From Mustelus asterias (lineage: Eukaryota), in the NCBI RefSeq assembly GCF_964213995.1, contig NW_027590150.1:434001-498000 (forward strand): DNA of 64,000 nucleotides. The letters are read 5' to 3'. The notes beneath the pieces are model-generated. The model did not search any database. It had not been told where the DNA came from and saw only the letters and a list, made by a program, of their open reading frames with translations. Of the stretch, positions 26,985 through 37,957 are shown piece by piece. The number at the start of each line of letters is the position of its first letter. Position 1 is the first letter of the stretch. Position numbers and translations under genes: made by a program.

Positions 26985-27023
26985 CACAGTGAATGAGGCT
27001 CCCGCGGGCCTCATACAAAATCT
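26985..27023 (+). promoter_or_regulatory. 23-bp-spacer recombination signal sequence
   Basis: CACAGTG + 23 nt + ACAAAATCT. Confidence 0.95.
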
Positions 27024-27555
27024 GGCACAGGTCGATAATCAATGATTCATTGTCAGGACAACACATGGGGTTAAAAATCAGCGAAAATTTACTCATAGTG
27101 AACCTGACAATACAGTCCCGTCTAAGTGTTTTCCCTCACTGAGGTTACTGATTGTCACTGTTGGGAAGTTTGACATGTTTTTACTCATATTACTATCACA
27201 TCAAGTCCAATCGCTCCCCGATCCTTTCACACAAACCCACAGATCTCCCAGGTGAACCATGTCATCAGACAGACCACACCTTTCAAAAGTGATCAAGTTT
27301 CAAAGGCAGACTCAGAGTTGTCACATGTTGAAGTTGCTGGTTAAAATTATTGACTGTAACATGTGTACTTTATAAACAAAAACCCCCAGTTGCAAACAGT
27401 CGAGGTAACAATATTGGACGGATATTTTGCTGGAACTTAAAGTCCACAAATGCTGATGCGGTAAGTTATTTAATCAATTTCGGCTTTCACTCGAGGTGTC
27501 AGAACTGCTTTGTAGAAAGTTAAACAATTTTTATTTTGTTAGCTACTAACGTGCA

Positions 27556-27645
27556 GGTTCGTTGGTCTAGGGGTATGATTCTCGCTTAGGGTACCTCGCC
27601 CCATTAGCATGCGAGAGGTCCCGGGTTCAAATCCCGGACGAGCCC
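27556..27645 (+). tRNA. tRNA-Pro(AGG) with 18-nt intron (27592-27609)
   Basis: Exons match vertebrate Pro-AGG except one G-U acceptor pair; TACCTCGCCCCATTAGCA sits between nt 37 and 38; TTTT terminator at 27648-27651. Confidence 0.85.
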
Positions 27646-27982
27646 CGTTTTGACCGAAATATTGTGTTCGAAAGGAGATATTTTGATTTATTTAAGGTGC
27701 AAACGGCGGGATGGCTTTCTGCTGACTGGCTCCGAAAAAGAGTCATAAAGGCACAGAATCTTACAGCACGGATAGAGCCCACTGGGACACCCACATGGCA
27801 GGCGGGGACACCCACATGGCAGGCGCGGACACCCATCTGCGCCTGCCACGTGACAGCTGGACGGGAAGCGTTAGTTCTGATTCTCGCTGCACAGATACTT
27901 CCAGAAATGCTGACATAACCCAGCATTTTCTGTTTTTATTTCAGATTTTGAAAGTCCGCAGTGTGCGGCATTATATTAGACT

Positions 27983-28600
27983 TTGGGCTGACAAGTGGCA
28001 AGTAACATTCGCGCCAGACAAATGCCAGACAACGTCCATCACAAATAAGAGAAAATCTAACCACCGCCTCTTGACAGTCAATAGTTGTTCCATCACTGAA
28101 TCCCCCATTGTTAACATCCTTACGGTTACCATTGACCAGATACTCAATTGGACTCGCCACATAAACACAATGGCTACAAGAGCAGGTCAGAGGCCAGGAA
28201 TACTGTGGCGAATAACTCACCTCCTGACTCCCCAGAGCCTGTCCACCATCTACAAGGCACAAGTCAGGAGCGTGATGGAATATTCCCACCTCGCCTGGAT
28301 GGGTGCAGCTCCAACAACACACAAGAAGATTGACATCATCCAGGACAAAGCAGCCCGCTTGATTGGCACCACATCCTCAAGCATTCAATCCCGCCACAAC
28401 CGACGCTCAGGAGCAGCGATGTGTATTATCTAAAAGATACAGAGCAGCAATTTACCAACGATCCTTAGACAGCACCTTCGAAACCCACGACCACTTCCAT
28501 CCAGAAGGACAAGGGTAGTAGACACATGGGAACACCACCATCTGTAAGTTCTCCTCCAAGTCACTCACCATCCTGACTTGGAATTATATTGCCATTCCTT
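27983..28600 (+). mobile_element. Older CR1/L2-superfamily LINE 3' fragment (inverted copy ~56640-57255)
   Basis: WADKWQVTFAPDKCQ...LSTIYKAQVRSVMEYS...IQDKAARLIG. Confidence 0.8.
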
Positions 28601-28689
28601 AGCATGGCCTTATTCTGTGGTGTACTCATTTTCTGATTTAGTGCGGACCTCACCCTGAGGCCGTGAACCGCAAAGTATTTTCTCATTTC

Positions 28690-29435
28690 TGTCATCTCTC
28701 CCTCAATGTCAACAAAACGGAGATTGTCATTGACTTCAGAAAGCGTAGAGGAGAACATGCCCCTGTCTCCATCAAAGGGGACGAAGTAGAAAGTGTCGAG
28801 AGCTTCAGGTTTTTAGGTCTCCAGATCACCAACAGCCTGTCCTGGCCTCCCATGCCGACACTATAGTGAAGAAAGCCCATCAACGCCTCTACTTTCTCAG
28901 AAGACTTAGGAAATTTGGCATGTCAGCTACAACTGTCACCAAGTTTTACAGGTGCACCATAGAAAACATTCTTTCGAGTTGTATCACAGCTTGATATGGC
29001 TCCTGCTCTGCCCAAGACCGCAATAAACTACAAAGGGTCGTGAATGTAGTCCAATCCATCACTCAAACCAGCCTCCCATCCATTAATTCTGTCTACGCTT
29101 CCTGCTGCCTCGGCAAAGCAGCCAGCATTGTTAAGGACCCCACGCACCCGGACATTCTCTCTTCCACCTTCTTCCTTCGAGACAAAGATACAGAAGTCTG
29201 AGGTCACGTGCTAGCCGACTCAAGAACAGCTTCTTCCCTGCAGCCATCATACTTTTGAATGGCCATTACCTTGCATTAAGTTGATCTTTGTCTACACCCT
29301 GACAGTGACTGCAATACCACATTCTGCACTCCCGTTTCCTTCTCTATGAACAGTACGCTTTGTCTGTATAGCGCGCAAGTGAAAATGCTTTTCACAGCAT
29401 ACTATTACGTGACAATAATAAATAAAACTAAATCA
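28690..29435 (+). mobile_element. Rex1/Babar-like LINE 3' fragment (inverted copy ~55790-56545)
   Basis: LSLNVNKT.EIVIDFRK, VESFRFLG, KKAHQRLYFLRRLRKFG, FYRCTIE...CITAWYG; AATAAA-rich tail. Confidence 0.75.
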
Positions 29436-29702
29436 AATAGTTTCATTTCTCCTGACTTCCACACTCTTCCTGTTGTTACATTTCCTCCCTCCTGAGTTTC
29501 AGTCGTTTCAAATTCCCACATTTTTCACCTTTTCCTGTTGTAATGAAAGGCCATGGACGTAAAAGATGAGCTTTGTTTCCCTGTCCACAAATTCTGCCTG
29601 AATTCCTAAGTTTATGCAGCATCTTCCGCCTTCGCTGCAGTTATCTGATCGGCTTTGAATGGCCAACAGAGCATCTTTTCTTTCAATCAGTGGCTGCTTA
29701 TA

Positions 29703-29783
29703 GGCTCCTTGGTGTAGGGGTATGAATCGCATTTTGGTATGCCTTAACCACCGAGATCCCGAGTTAAAATCCGAGACTAACCC
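29703..29783 (+). pseudogene. tRNA-Pro(TGG)-derived pseudogene with ~9 extra nt 3' of the anticodon
   Basis: GGCTCCTTGGTGTAGGGGTATGA...TTTGG...AGATCCCGAGTTAAAATCCGAGACTAACCC. Confidence 0.6.
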
Positions 29784-29857
29784 TACTGTTTCTTCTTATC
29801 CCTGTTACATCAAAACATCGGAAGCAGGAGGAGGTCATTGGAACATCATCTACCATT

Positions 29858-30201
29858 CATAGAATCATAGAAACCCTACAGTGCAGAAGGAGGCCATTCG
29901 GCCCATCGAGTCTGCACCGACCACAATCCCACCCAGGCCCTATCCCTACCCCCACATATTTACCCGCTAATCCCTCTAACCTACGCATCTCAGGACTCTA
30001 AGGGGCAATTTTGAACCTGGCCAATCAACCTAACCCGCATATCTTTGGACTGTGGGAGGAAACCGGAGCACCCGGAGGAAACCCACGCAGACACGAGGAG
30101 AATGTGCAAACTCCACACAGACAGTGACCCGAGCAGGGAATCGAACCCGGGACCCTGGAGCTGTGAAGCAGCAGTGCTAACCATGTGCTACCGTGCCACC
30201 C
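29858..30201 (-). mobile_element. Young HE1/V-SINE, left arm only
   Basis: Full-length SINE; empty site near 55360-55380. Confidence 0.9.
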
Positions 30202-30469
30202 CTACCGTGCCTGATAATCAAATTCAATACCCTGATCCGCCATTTAGCACCAAGAGTATATTAAACTTCTCTTGAAATCATAGTGTTTGGCCTCAACGAC
30301 TTTCTGTGGGAGTGAACTCTGCAGATTCACCACTCTCTGGCTGAAGGAAGTCTCATCATCTCAGCCGTTATCCTCAAACTATAATCCCCAGCCCTGGACT
30401 CCCCACTAACGTGAACATTCTTTCTGAATCTACCCTGTTTCATCCGGTCAGAATGTTATAAGGTTCCAT

Positions 30470-30788
30470 TAGAATCATAGAATCCCTGAGTACAGAACAA
30501 GGCCAATTCGGCCCATCAAGTCTGTACTGACCACAACCCCATCCAGGCCCCACTCCTGTAACTACATGCATTCACCCTGCTAATACCCCTGACACTAGGG
30601 CCAATTTAACACGGTCAATCAACATTAGCCGCACACCTTTGGACAATGGGAGGAAACCGGAACACCCGGAGGAAACCCATGCAGATACGGGGAGAATGTG
30701 CAAACTCCACACAGACAGCGACCCGATGCCAGATTTGAACCTCGGACCCTGGCGTTTTGAGGCGGCAGTGCTAACCAATGTACCACCC
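30470..30788 (-). mobile_element. HE1/V-SINE shared by both arms (copy 54778-55097, +)
   Basis: V core plus head and tail. Confidence 0.85.
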
Positions 30789-30874
30789 AAAACATATCTG
30801 CCCAGAAATAGCCAGGATTAGTTGGCAAGAAATGCATTTGCCAATGTTGGACACCTAAGTGTTAAAATAAGCCG

Positions 30875-30947
30875 CATCCCAGAAGTGACTCGAACACACG
30901 CTCCCTGGTTTAGGAAGCCAGTGCCTTACGCGTTAGGTTACTGGGAC
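30875..30947 (-). pseudogene. tRNA-Arg(CCT) pseudogene
   Basis: GTCCCAGTAACCTAACGCGTAAGGCACTGGCTTCCTAAACCAGG...GTTCGAGTCACTTCTGGGATG; D-loop GG lost, T stem mismatched. Confidence 0.8.
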
Positions 30948-31329
30948 TATCGGTGAGCTACTGCTGCAACTTTAAAAAGCTGTATATCTCCATCCACATA
31001 GACAGTGACTAACCCCAGAATCGAAACCAGGTCCCTGGTATTGTGAGCCAGCAGAACTAGCCACTGTGCCCCTCTCTCCCACGAAGATTTGATCAGATTT
31101 CATGAGCTGCAGATTTTGTTTTTTTCTTTGCATTGCAGACTTTGGGATTGGTCCACATGGGGTTTCGTTTGAGAACCTGAGCACAAACTGTGAGGAAACT
31201 ATCAGCACAACACACTCGCTCGAAAATAAAGATATGATCAACAGGGTTGGCTATGTAACTTGACGTTCATTTTATCTCCATTCACCTCTTCAGCTGGCCC
31301 CATGATTATGGGTTCAGTGAGCTGCCTGG

Positions 31330-31830
31330 ATGTTTCTTTTTGTTCATGTGGGTGTCGCTGGCTAGATCAGCATGCACTGCCCATCAGTATTTAGCCTTGA
31401 GAAAGTAGTGGTGAGCTGCCTTCTTGAAACGTTGTAATCCATTTGTACAGGTACACTTACAGTGCTGTTAGGGAGGGAAGTCCACGAATTTGTCCCAATG
31501 ACAGTGAAGGAACGGCGATATATTTCCAAATCAGAATGCTGAGGGAATTGAGTGTGGTGTTGGCTGTGTGGCGTTGGAGGGGGGAGGGGGGGAGAGGGGG
31601 CGGGGGGGGGGGGGGGGGCTGGCAGGGGAGCTGCCAGGTGGAAGCGGTCTTGGGTTTGGGAGATGCTGTCTAAAATGCCTTTGGTGGATTCCTGCATCAT
31701 GCAGACAAGTGGAGAATATTCTATCGCACTCCTGACTTGTGCCACGTCGATCGTGGACTGTTTTGTGGGAGTCGGGAGATGAGTTACTCCCATAGGATTC
31801 CCATCCTCTGCCCTGCTCTTTTAGCCACTG
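31330..31830 (-). mobile_element. Decayed CR1/L2-superfamily LINE fragment with G-tract
   Basis: AQVRSAIEYSPL, same family as 27983-28600. Confidence 0.65.
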
Positions 31831-32265
31831 AATAAACTGATAACATGCGTGCTGAGTCAGAATAGGTGTGTCTTCTTTCCTGCTCAGTTTGTCGTGAATT
31901 TTCCGCACTTTTGTCTTTTCCTGAATGTATTTTGAGGCTCAAGTAAGGGCCAATGTCATATGATTGTAAGATACTACATTCAGGTAATATTCAATCGTGG
32001 ATTCACTGGCGGGAGGGGTACGGTTTCGAGTCATGTTGTTGACGCTGGATTGATAAAGCAGAGAAGCAGGCTGAAGCTTTGGGAACCAGGGTTCGAATTC
32101 CAACACAGCAGGTTAACGCAATTCAAGGCAAAGTAGAATTACTGTAAGTGAGTAGAGAAAATTTTAATTATGCAACATTTCCTCACTAAAATGTTTTGAC
32201 CATGTTTCTGCCGATTTTGAAGCCTCGGACCGATATGTAAACATTGCTGCATGTGGTTTTGCTGT

Positions 32266-32338
32266 GGGCCAGTGGCGCAATGGATAACGCGTCTGACTAC
32301 GGATCAGAAGATTCCAGGTTCGACTCCTGACTGGCTCG
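32266..32338 (+). tRNA. tRNA-Arg(ACG)
   Basis: Matches the conserved vertebrate Arg-ACG except one base (C-A mismatch at the base of the T stem). Confidence 0.92.
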
Positions 32339-33575
32339 GTGTAATAATTTAACAGTAGTTCATGTGGATTTTAACAATATTCGTGTGGATGAAAAATGTG
32401 TTTTCACAAATTTTGGACCAATTCAGAGAAATGTTTTGACCAAATGCAGTCAGCTTCTGTGATGAAATTTATCTTAGCCAATGATTGTTCAAAAAAATGT
32501 TGACTATTTTAAGAAAAAAATACTGATAAAGTTCAATTAAGTTTTTATTTAAAAAATAGTTTCTTTAAATGACGAATTCTCGTTAAAGTATTCGGGGAAA
32601 ATATGTTAGCAAGTTTAAGCTACCTTTTAAAAAGGTGGAAATTTCTCGAAAAATACGTGGAAACATTACATTTTTCAAAATAGTGAAAACACTTTCTAAA
32701 ACGTTGATGAACTCTGATTAAACATGTTTAATTTTAAGAAGCAAAATACACAGAAATGTTTTTTAAAAGTTGACAAATTTCAGTTAAATCAGATGGAGGA
32801 ATTTCTTTGGAGTAAGTTTAGTTTTGAAAAGTTCAAATTAGCCAGAAGTTTCTGGTTTGTGATGCTGGGATTGTTGTCCATTGGAGCGAAGGAGATTGAG
32901 GAGCGATTTAATCGAGGTGGACTAGATTAGGGCAAGTTTAGAGGGGGAGGGGCAAATTTTAAGATATTGGGCAAGGCGGGGGCGAAGAAGATTTGGAAGC
33001 AACATTTTTTCCACAGCGAATGCTCAGGACCTGGAACTCATTGCCTCCGAGAGTTTTGGATGAGGTCAATTTAGGTAATAGAAATTCTGAGGTGGACATG
33101 GACCTCCTGAGAAAGAAGATGGGTCTCCAGGAACATTCTTTAGGCAGGTAGATGGATCTCCTCGGTGACATTGAATCTGAAGATCAACCTGTGGAAGCAC
33201 ACCCCTTCCCCGGCCACCGCCCCCACCCACTGTTGAGAACAGTACAGCACAGGAAACAGGCCCTTCGGCCCTCCAAAATGTTTGACAAGAACCCCGCTGA
33301 TATTAAATGCAAGGGCATCAAAATCAAAAAGGGTATTTTGGACCATTCGTTCTTCGTTGTAGATATTTTCAATATCATATAACGTGAAAAAGGATATGCA
33401 AAATATTCAGACTGTTGAATGGGAACTCCCGACATTGTTACAAGGACAACATTAACCATTTACCTCATTGTCACCACCTCAGAAGCTGTCTTGGCCAAAG
33501 GGCCAACATTGCGGTGAATCCTCGTTTCGGTCCCGCTGTGGGGAAAACAACTTCATTGATTCACTGGCCCTGCTC

Positions 33576-33685
33576 TGACGTAATAAACTGGAGAACAAAG
33601 GGTCTGTGAGCTGATTGGATGAATTGGAGAATCAGGGACATGATTGGACGTCACCAGTTGATTCGTTTGGGAACTAACCAATCGC
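33576..33685 (+). promoter_or_regulatory. TCR V promoter with CRE/ATF-like sites and CCAAT boxes
   Basis: TGACGTAA at 33576, GACGTCA at 33647, several ATTGG/CCAAT, 95-200 bp upstream of the leader ATG at 33778. Confidence 0.6.
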
Positions 33686-33777
33686 TGGAGAGACCGGAAA
33701 TACATGTAAATATCTTCACCCAAACAATTACAGATTGAACCCATTCTGTTTAATTCCGCAATAAACTCGCTGCAAAC

Positions 33778-35257
33778 ATGTTGGGTATCATTTTGTATTC
33801 GTTTCTCACTGTTTCAGCTCTTTTGCCTGGTAAGTCTACAAGGGACATAAACTTCTTCTTGCAAGCGATGTCGACAGTAATTTAGGTCCGCTTTGCTGTA
33901 GATGATAATGTGATCCGTGTTCTGATGTTATGAGTTACAATAGAATGATAATAACACCTTAACTTTCAATATTTCTAAATTTCTGCCGGTGTCACTACTG
34001 GAGACTCAATATCAAAGGAGCCGGTTACAGCGATGAAGTTTGAATGGGACTCAAAGAACAAAGAACAAAGAAAGTTACAGGCTCTTAGGCCCTCCAAGCC
34101 TGGACCGATCATGTTGCCCGACTGAACTAAAACCCGCTATCCTTCCGGGGACCATATCCCTCTATTCCCATCTTACTCATATATTTGTCCGGACGCACCT
34201 TAAATGTCACTATCGTATCTGTTTCCACTACCTCCTCCGGCAGCGTGTTCCAGGCACCCATCACACTCGGTGTAAAACACTTACCTCATTAATCTCCTTT
34301 AAACCTTGCCCCTCGCACCTTAAACCTATGCCCCTTAGTAATTGACTCTTCCACCCTGGGAAAAACCTTCTGACTATCCACTCTAGCCATGCCCCTCAGA
34401 ATCTTGTAGACTTGTATCAGGTCGTCCCTCAACCTCCGTCGTTCAAGTGAGAACAAACCAAGTTTCTCCAACTTCTCTTCTTAGCTAATGGGCGGCATGG
34501 TAGCACAGCGGTTAGCACTGCTTCCTCACAGCTCCAGGGACCTGGGTTTGATTCCCGGCTTTGGTCACGGTCTGTAGCGTAAGCACATTCTCCTCGTGTC
34601 AGCGTGGGTTTCCTCCAGGTGCTCGGATTTCCTCCCACAGTCCAAAAATGTGCGGGTTAGGTTTATTAGTCATGCTAAAATTGCCCCTTAGAGTTCTGAG
34701 ATGCGTAGGTTTGAGGGATTAACGTGTACATGTGGGGGTAGGGTCTGGGTGGGATTGTGGTCAGTGCAGACTCGATGGGCCGAATGGCCTCCTTCTGTAC
34801 TGCAGGGTTTCTATGATTCTGATGCTCTCCATGCCAGGCAACATCCTGGTAAATCTTTTCTGCACCCTCTCCAAAGCCTCAACATCGTTCTGGTAGTGTG
34901 GCGATCAAAATTGAAAATTATATTCCAAGTACGGCCTAACTAACGTGCTATAAAGCTGCAATAGGACTCGCCATTTTTTAAACTCAATGCCCCGGTGACC
35001 AATAGATTAACGGCACAGCAGCTGGTGCATATTACATTCAATTGTATCGCCAGGACCGGGAGAAAGTTCCCAGCAAAAAGAACGGAGAAAGCCCCCATCT
35101 TCTTGATCTATATCTCTTATTATGAAGATATTTCCAGTGCAAAGGGTGTGGGAACACTATTTTCTGCATATATCGAGAGGTCGAAAAGCGAGGGGAACTT
35201 CAGCATGTGTGAGCTGCGGCTGTCGGAAAGCGCGGTGTATTACTGTGGACTGAGAGA
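33778..35257 (+). pseudogene. TCR alpha/delta V pseudogene interrupted by a LINE with nested SINE
   Basis: Leader MLGIILYSFLTVSALLP|GTAAG (33778-33829); acceptor mutated to CCG; GVTTGDSISKEP; resumes YYIQLYRQ...APIFLIY...ELRLSESAVYYCGLR; Cys23 region lost; 25-nt insertion in FR2. Confidence 0.9.
34052..35000 (-). mobile_element. CR1-type LINE fragment with nested SINE (34490-34820, +)
   Basis: (CAAAGAA)n tail at 34052; LGLFSLERRRLR.DLI. Confidence 0.9.
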
Positions 35258-35296
35258 CGCAATGACAGAAACCAGAGGGAGCCTGGTATGAAAAAA
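35258..35296 (+). promoter_or_regulatory. Degenerate 23-RSS
   Basis: CGCAATG + 23 nt + ATGAAAAAA. Confidence 0.65.
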
Positions 35297-35419
35297 AAAC
35301 ATTGCCCCAGAGTGACAAGATGAACGGAGCAGAGAATGGTAATAATATTGGGCTATAAATAGAGCATGATTCACTCTGTGGTGCTTCTATACATTTTCGG
35401 TATTGCTGATATTCACAAC

Positions 35420-35710
35420 AGGAGAGGTGATGGCCGAGGGGTATTATCCTGAGACTATTAATCCAGAAACTCAGCGAATGTTGTGCGGACCCGATTCAAC
35501 TAAAACAATATCAACAACTAAGAATCTATTGACGACCATGAAGCCATTGTCGATTGTCGGAAAAACCCACTTTGTTCACTCATGTACTTTGGGGAATGAA
35601 ATCTGCCGTCCTTACCTGGTCTGGCCTACACGTGACTCCAAAGCCAAAACAATGTGGTTGATCTCAACTACCAATGGACAACTAGTGGTATCCAAGTCCC
35701 ACACACAGAA
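35420..35710 (+). mobile_element. Older shark SINE-like repeat (related copies ~9000-9310 and ~61190-61530)
   Basis: Shared CTGCCGTCCTTACCTGGTCTGGCCTACACGTGACTCCA-type block. Confidence 0.45.
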
Positions 35711-36279
35711 AAAATTCACTGGAATCACTGTTAAAACTGTCCTGATAATAAGGCTAATGGACGTATTGAGAAAAAAAAAACAAGGACAGAACTATTTAGC
35801 CTCCATTAGCTTCCGGGTCACAGTAAGAAAATAAGGGTTTTTTGTGGAATGTCAATTATTGAGCATGTTCAAAAAAATCAACAGCTTTTGGAAGCCTAAT
35901 GGCATTAAGCGCTATGCAGATAGCGCGGGAAAGTGGCGTTCAGGCTGGTCAGCCCTGATCTAACTGAATGACGAAGCAGAATCGAAGGACAGAATGGCCT
36001 ACTGCTGTTCCCATGTTCCTGTACCCCATTTTTCTACATTCTTCCCCAAGTCAATAGCTAAATGTGTAAGTTGTCTCTGTAAGGATGATTATATTAATCC
36101 AGCTCACGGTGCGTCTGGTTACTGTCTGCTATCTCACCACCTGGGTGTCACACAGCACCACTGGAGACAGAAGGGAGGGAGCTGAGAACATCCGGAGAAA
36201 GGAAGCTGATTATTGAAGGCGGGGATTAGACCGGATAAAATCAAACACACAGCTCCCCTTTTACAGAGCGACAGCGGCA

Positions 36280-37918
36280 ATGCAGCTGCTGTGGGGATCA
36301 TTCCTGACAGGTAATTATGTGCAAAAGACGTTGCACCATTTCACACGTTTCCCAAGCTTGGTTCCAGACCACAAATTAATCATACGCCCTTCTGACCATT
36401 TTCTGTTTTGTTATTTCCATATTTGAGACATGGAGATTCTGTCACCCAGCCGCTCACATCAGATGTTAAGAGAGAAGGCGAGATCGTGACTTTAACATGT
36501 AGCAATGAAACCAAGCACGCTGAATGTCTTCTTCACCACTCTGTCCACCTGTGACTCCACTTTCAAGGAGCAGAGAGCGACTATAGGTTGTACTGGTACC
36601 GACAACATCCAGACACGCAGCCCGTGTTTATAGTGCGGAAAGATACTGATAGTTATGAAAATAAAGCAGATGTTTTTAAAAGTCGCTTCTTTGTAGCTAA
36701 TGTCGCTCTGTAGGAGGTAGCTAAATTGATACAAAATTGGCTTGATGACAGAAGCCACAGGGCGGTTGTAGAGGGTTGTTTTTTAAACAGGAGGCCTGTG
36801 ACCAGCGTTGTGCCTCAGGGATCGGTGCTGGGTCCACTGTTATTTGTCATTTATATTAATGATTTGGGTGAGAAAAAAGGAGGCATGTTTAGGAAGTTTG
36901 CAGATGACACGAAGATTGGTGGCATAGTGGACAGTGAAGAAGGTTATCTCGGATTGCAACGGGATCTTGATAAATTGGGCCAGTGGGCTCACGAATGGCA
37001 GATGGAGTTTAATTTAGATAAATGCGAGGTTATGCATTTTGGTAGATTGAACCAGGGCAGGACTTACTCAGTTAATGGTAGGTAATTGAGAAGAGTTACA
37101 GAGCAAAGAAATCTAGAGGTGCAGGTCCATAGCTCCTTGAATGTAGAGCCACAGGTGGACAGAGTGGTGAAGAAGACATTCAGCGTGCTTGGTTTCATCG
37201 CTCAGAACATTGAATACAGGGATTGGAACGTCTTGTTGAAGTTGTACAAGACATTGGTAAGGCTACACTTGGAATACTGTGTACAGTTCTGTTCACCCTA
37301 TTATAGAAAGGATATTATTAAACTAGAAAAAGTGCAGGAAAGATTTACCAGGATGCTACCGAGACTTGATGGTTTGAGTTATAAGAAGAGGCTGGATAGA
37401 CTGGGACATTTTTCTCTGGCGTGTAGAAGGCTGAGGGGTGACCTTATAGAGGTCTATAAAATAATGAGGGGCATGGATCATCTAGGTAGTCAATATATTT
37501 TCCCAAAGGTAGGGGAGTCTAAAACTAGATGGCATAGGTTTAAGGAGGGAGGGGAAAGATGCAAAAGTGTCCAGAGGGCAGATTTTTCACACAGAGGATG
37601 GTGAGCGTCTGGAACAAGCTGCCAGAGGTAGTGGTAGAAGCGGGTACAATTTTGTCTTTTAAAAAGGATTTCGACAATTACATGGGTAAGACAGGTACAG
37701 AGGGATATGGGTCAAATGTGGGCGATTGGGACTAGCTTTGGATTTTTTTAAAAAAAGGCGGCATGGACAAGTTGGGCCGAAGGGCCTGGATCCATGCTGT
37801 TAACCTCTATGACTTCATGACTCTAGGTCTATCTCCAGACCTCGAACAAATTCATGAGTTTAAGTATATTTGATCTGAGCCTGACTGATGCTGCCGTTTA
37901 TCATTGCGCGTCCAGACT
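36280..37918 (+). pseudogene. TCR alpha/delta V pseudogene with a LINE in FR3 and a LINE-derived insert in CDR1
   Basis: Short leader MQLLWGSFLT|GTAAT; acceptor mutated to CAT; GDSVTQP...VTLTCS, LYWYRQHPDTQPVFIV...KSRF; after the LINE, LQTSNKFMSLSIFDLSLTDAAVYHCASR. Confidence 0.92.
36700..37825 (+). mobile_element. CR1-type LINE 3' fragment
   Basis: VPQGSVLGP, FADDTK; (ATGACTCT)-like tail. Confidence 0.92.
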
Positions 37919-37957
37919 TACAGAGATAGAAAGAAGGCTCACCCTCATTCAGAAACC
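37919..37957 (+). promoter_or_regulatory. 23-RSS with mutated heptamer
   Basis: TACAGAG + 23 nt + TCAGAAACC. Confidence 0.8.

Larger units (their letters stand above)
25003..31311 (+). repeat. Segment B: left arm of inverted duplication (partner 54256-59711)
   Basis: V gene, tRNA-Pro, two LINE fragments, tRNA-Pro(TGG) relic, SINE and tRNA-Arg(CCT) recur in reverse order; ends pair as 25003/59711 and 31311/54256. Confidence 0.95.

Noticed and set aside
32345-32840. AT-rich stretch with loose AAATGTTTTGACCA repeats after tRNA-Arg
   Set aside because: No consistent period or structure could be supported by eye.
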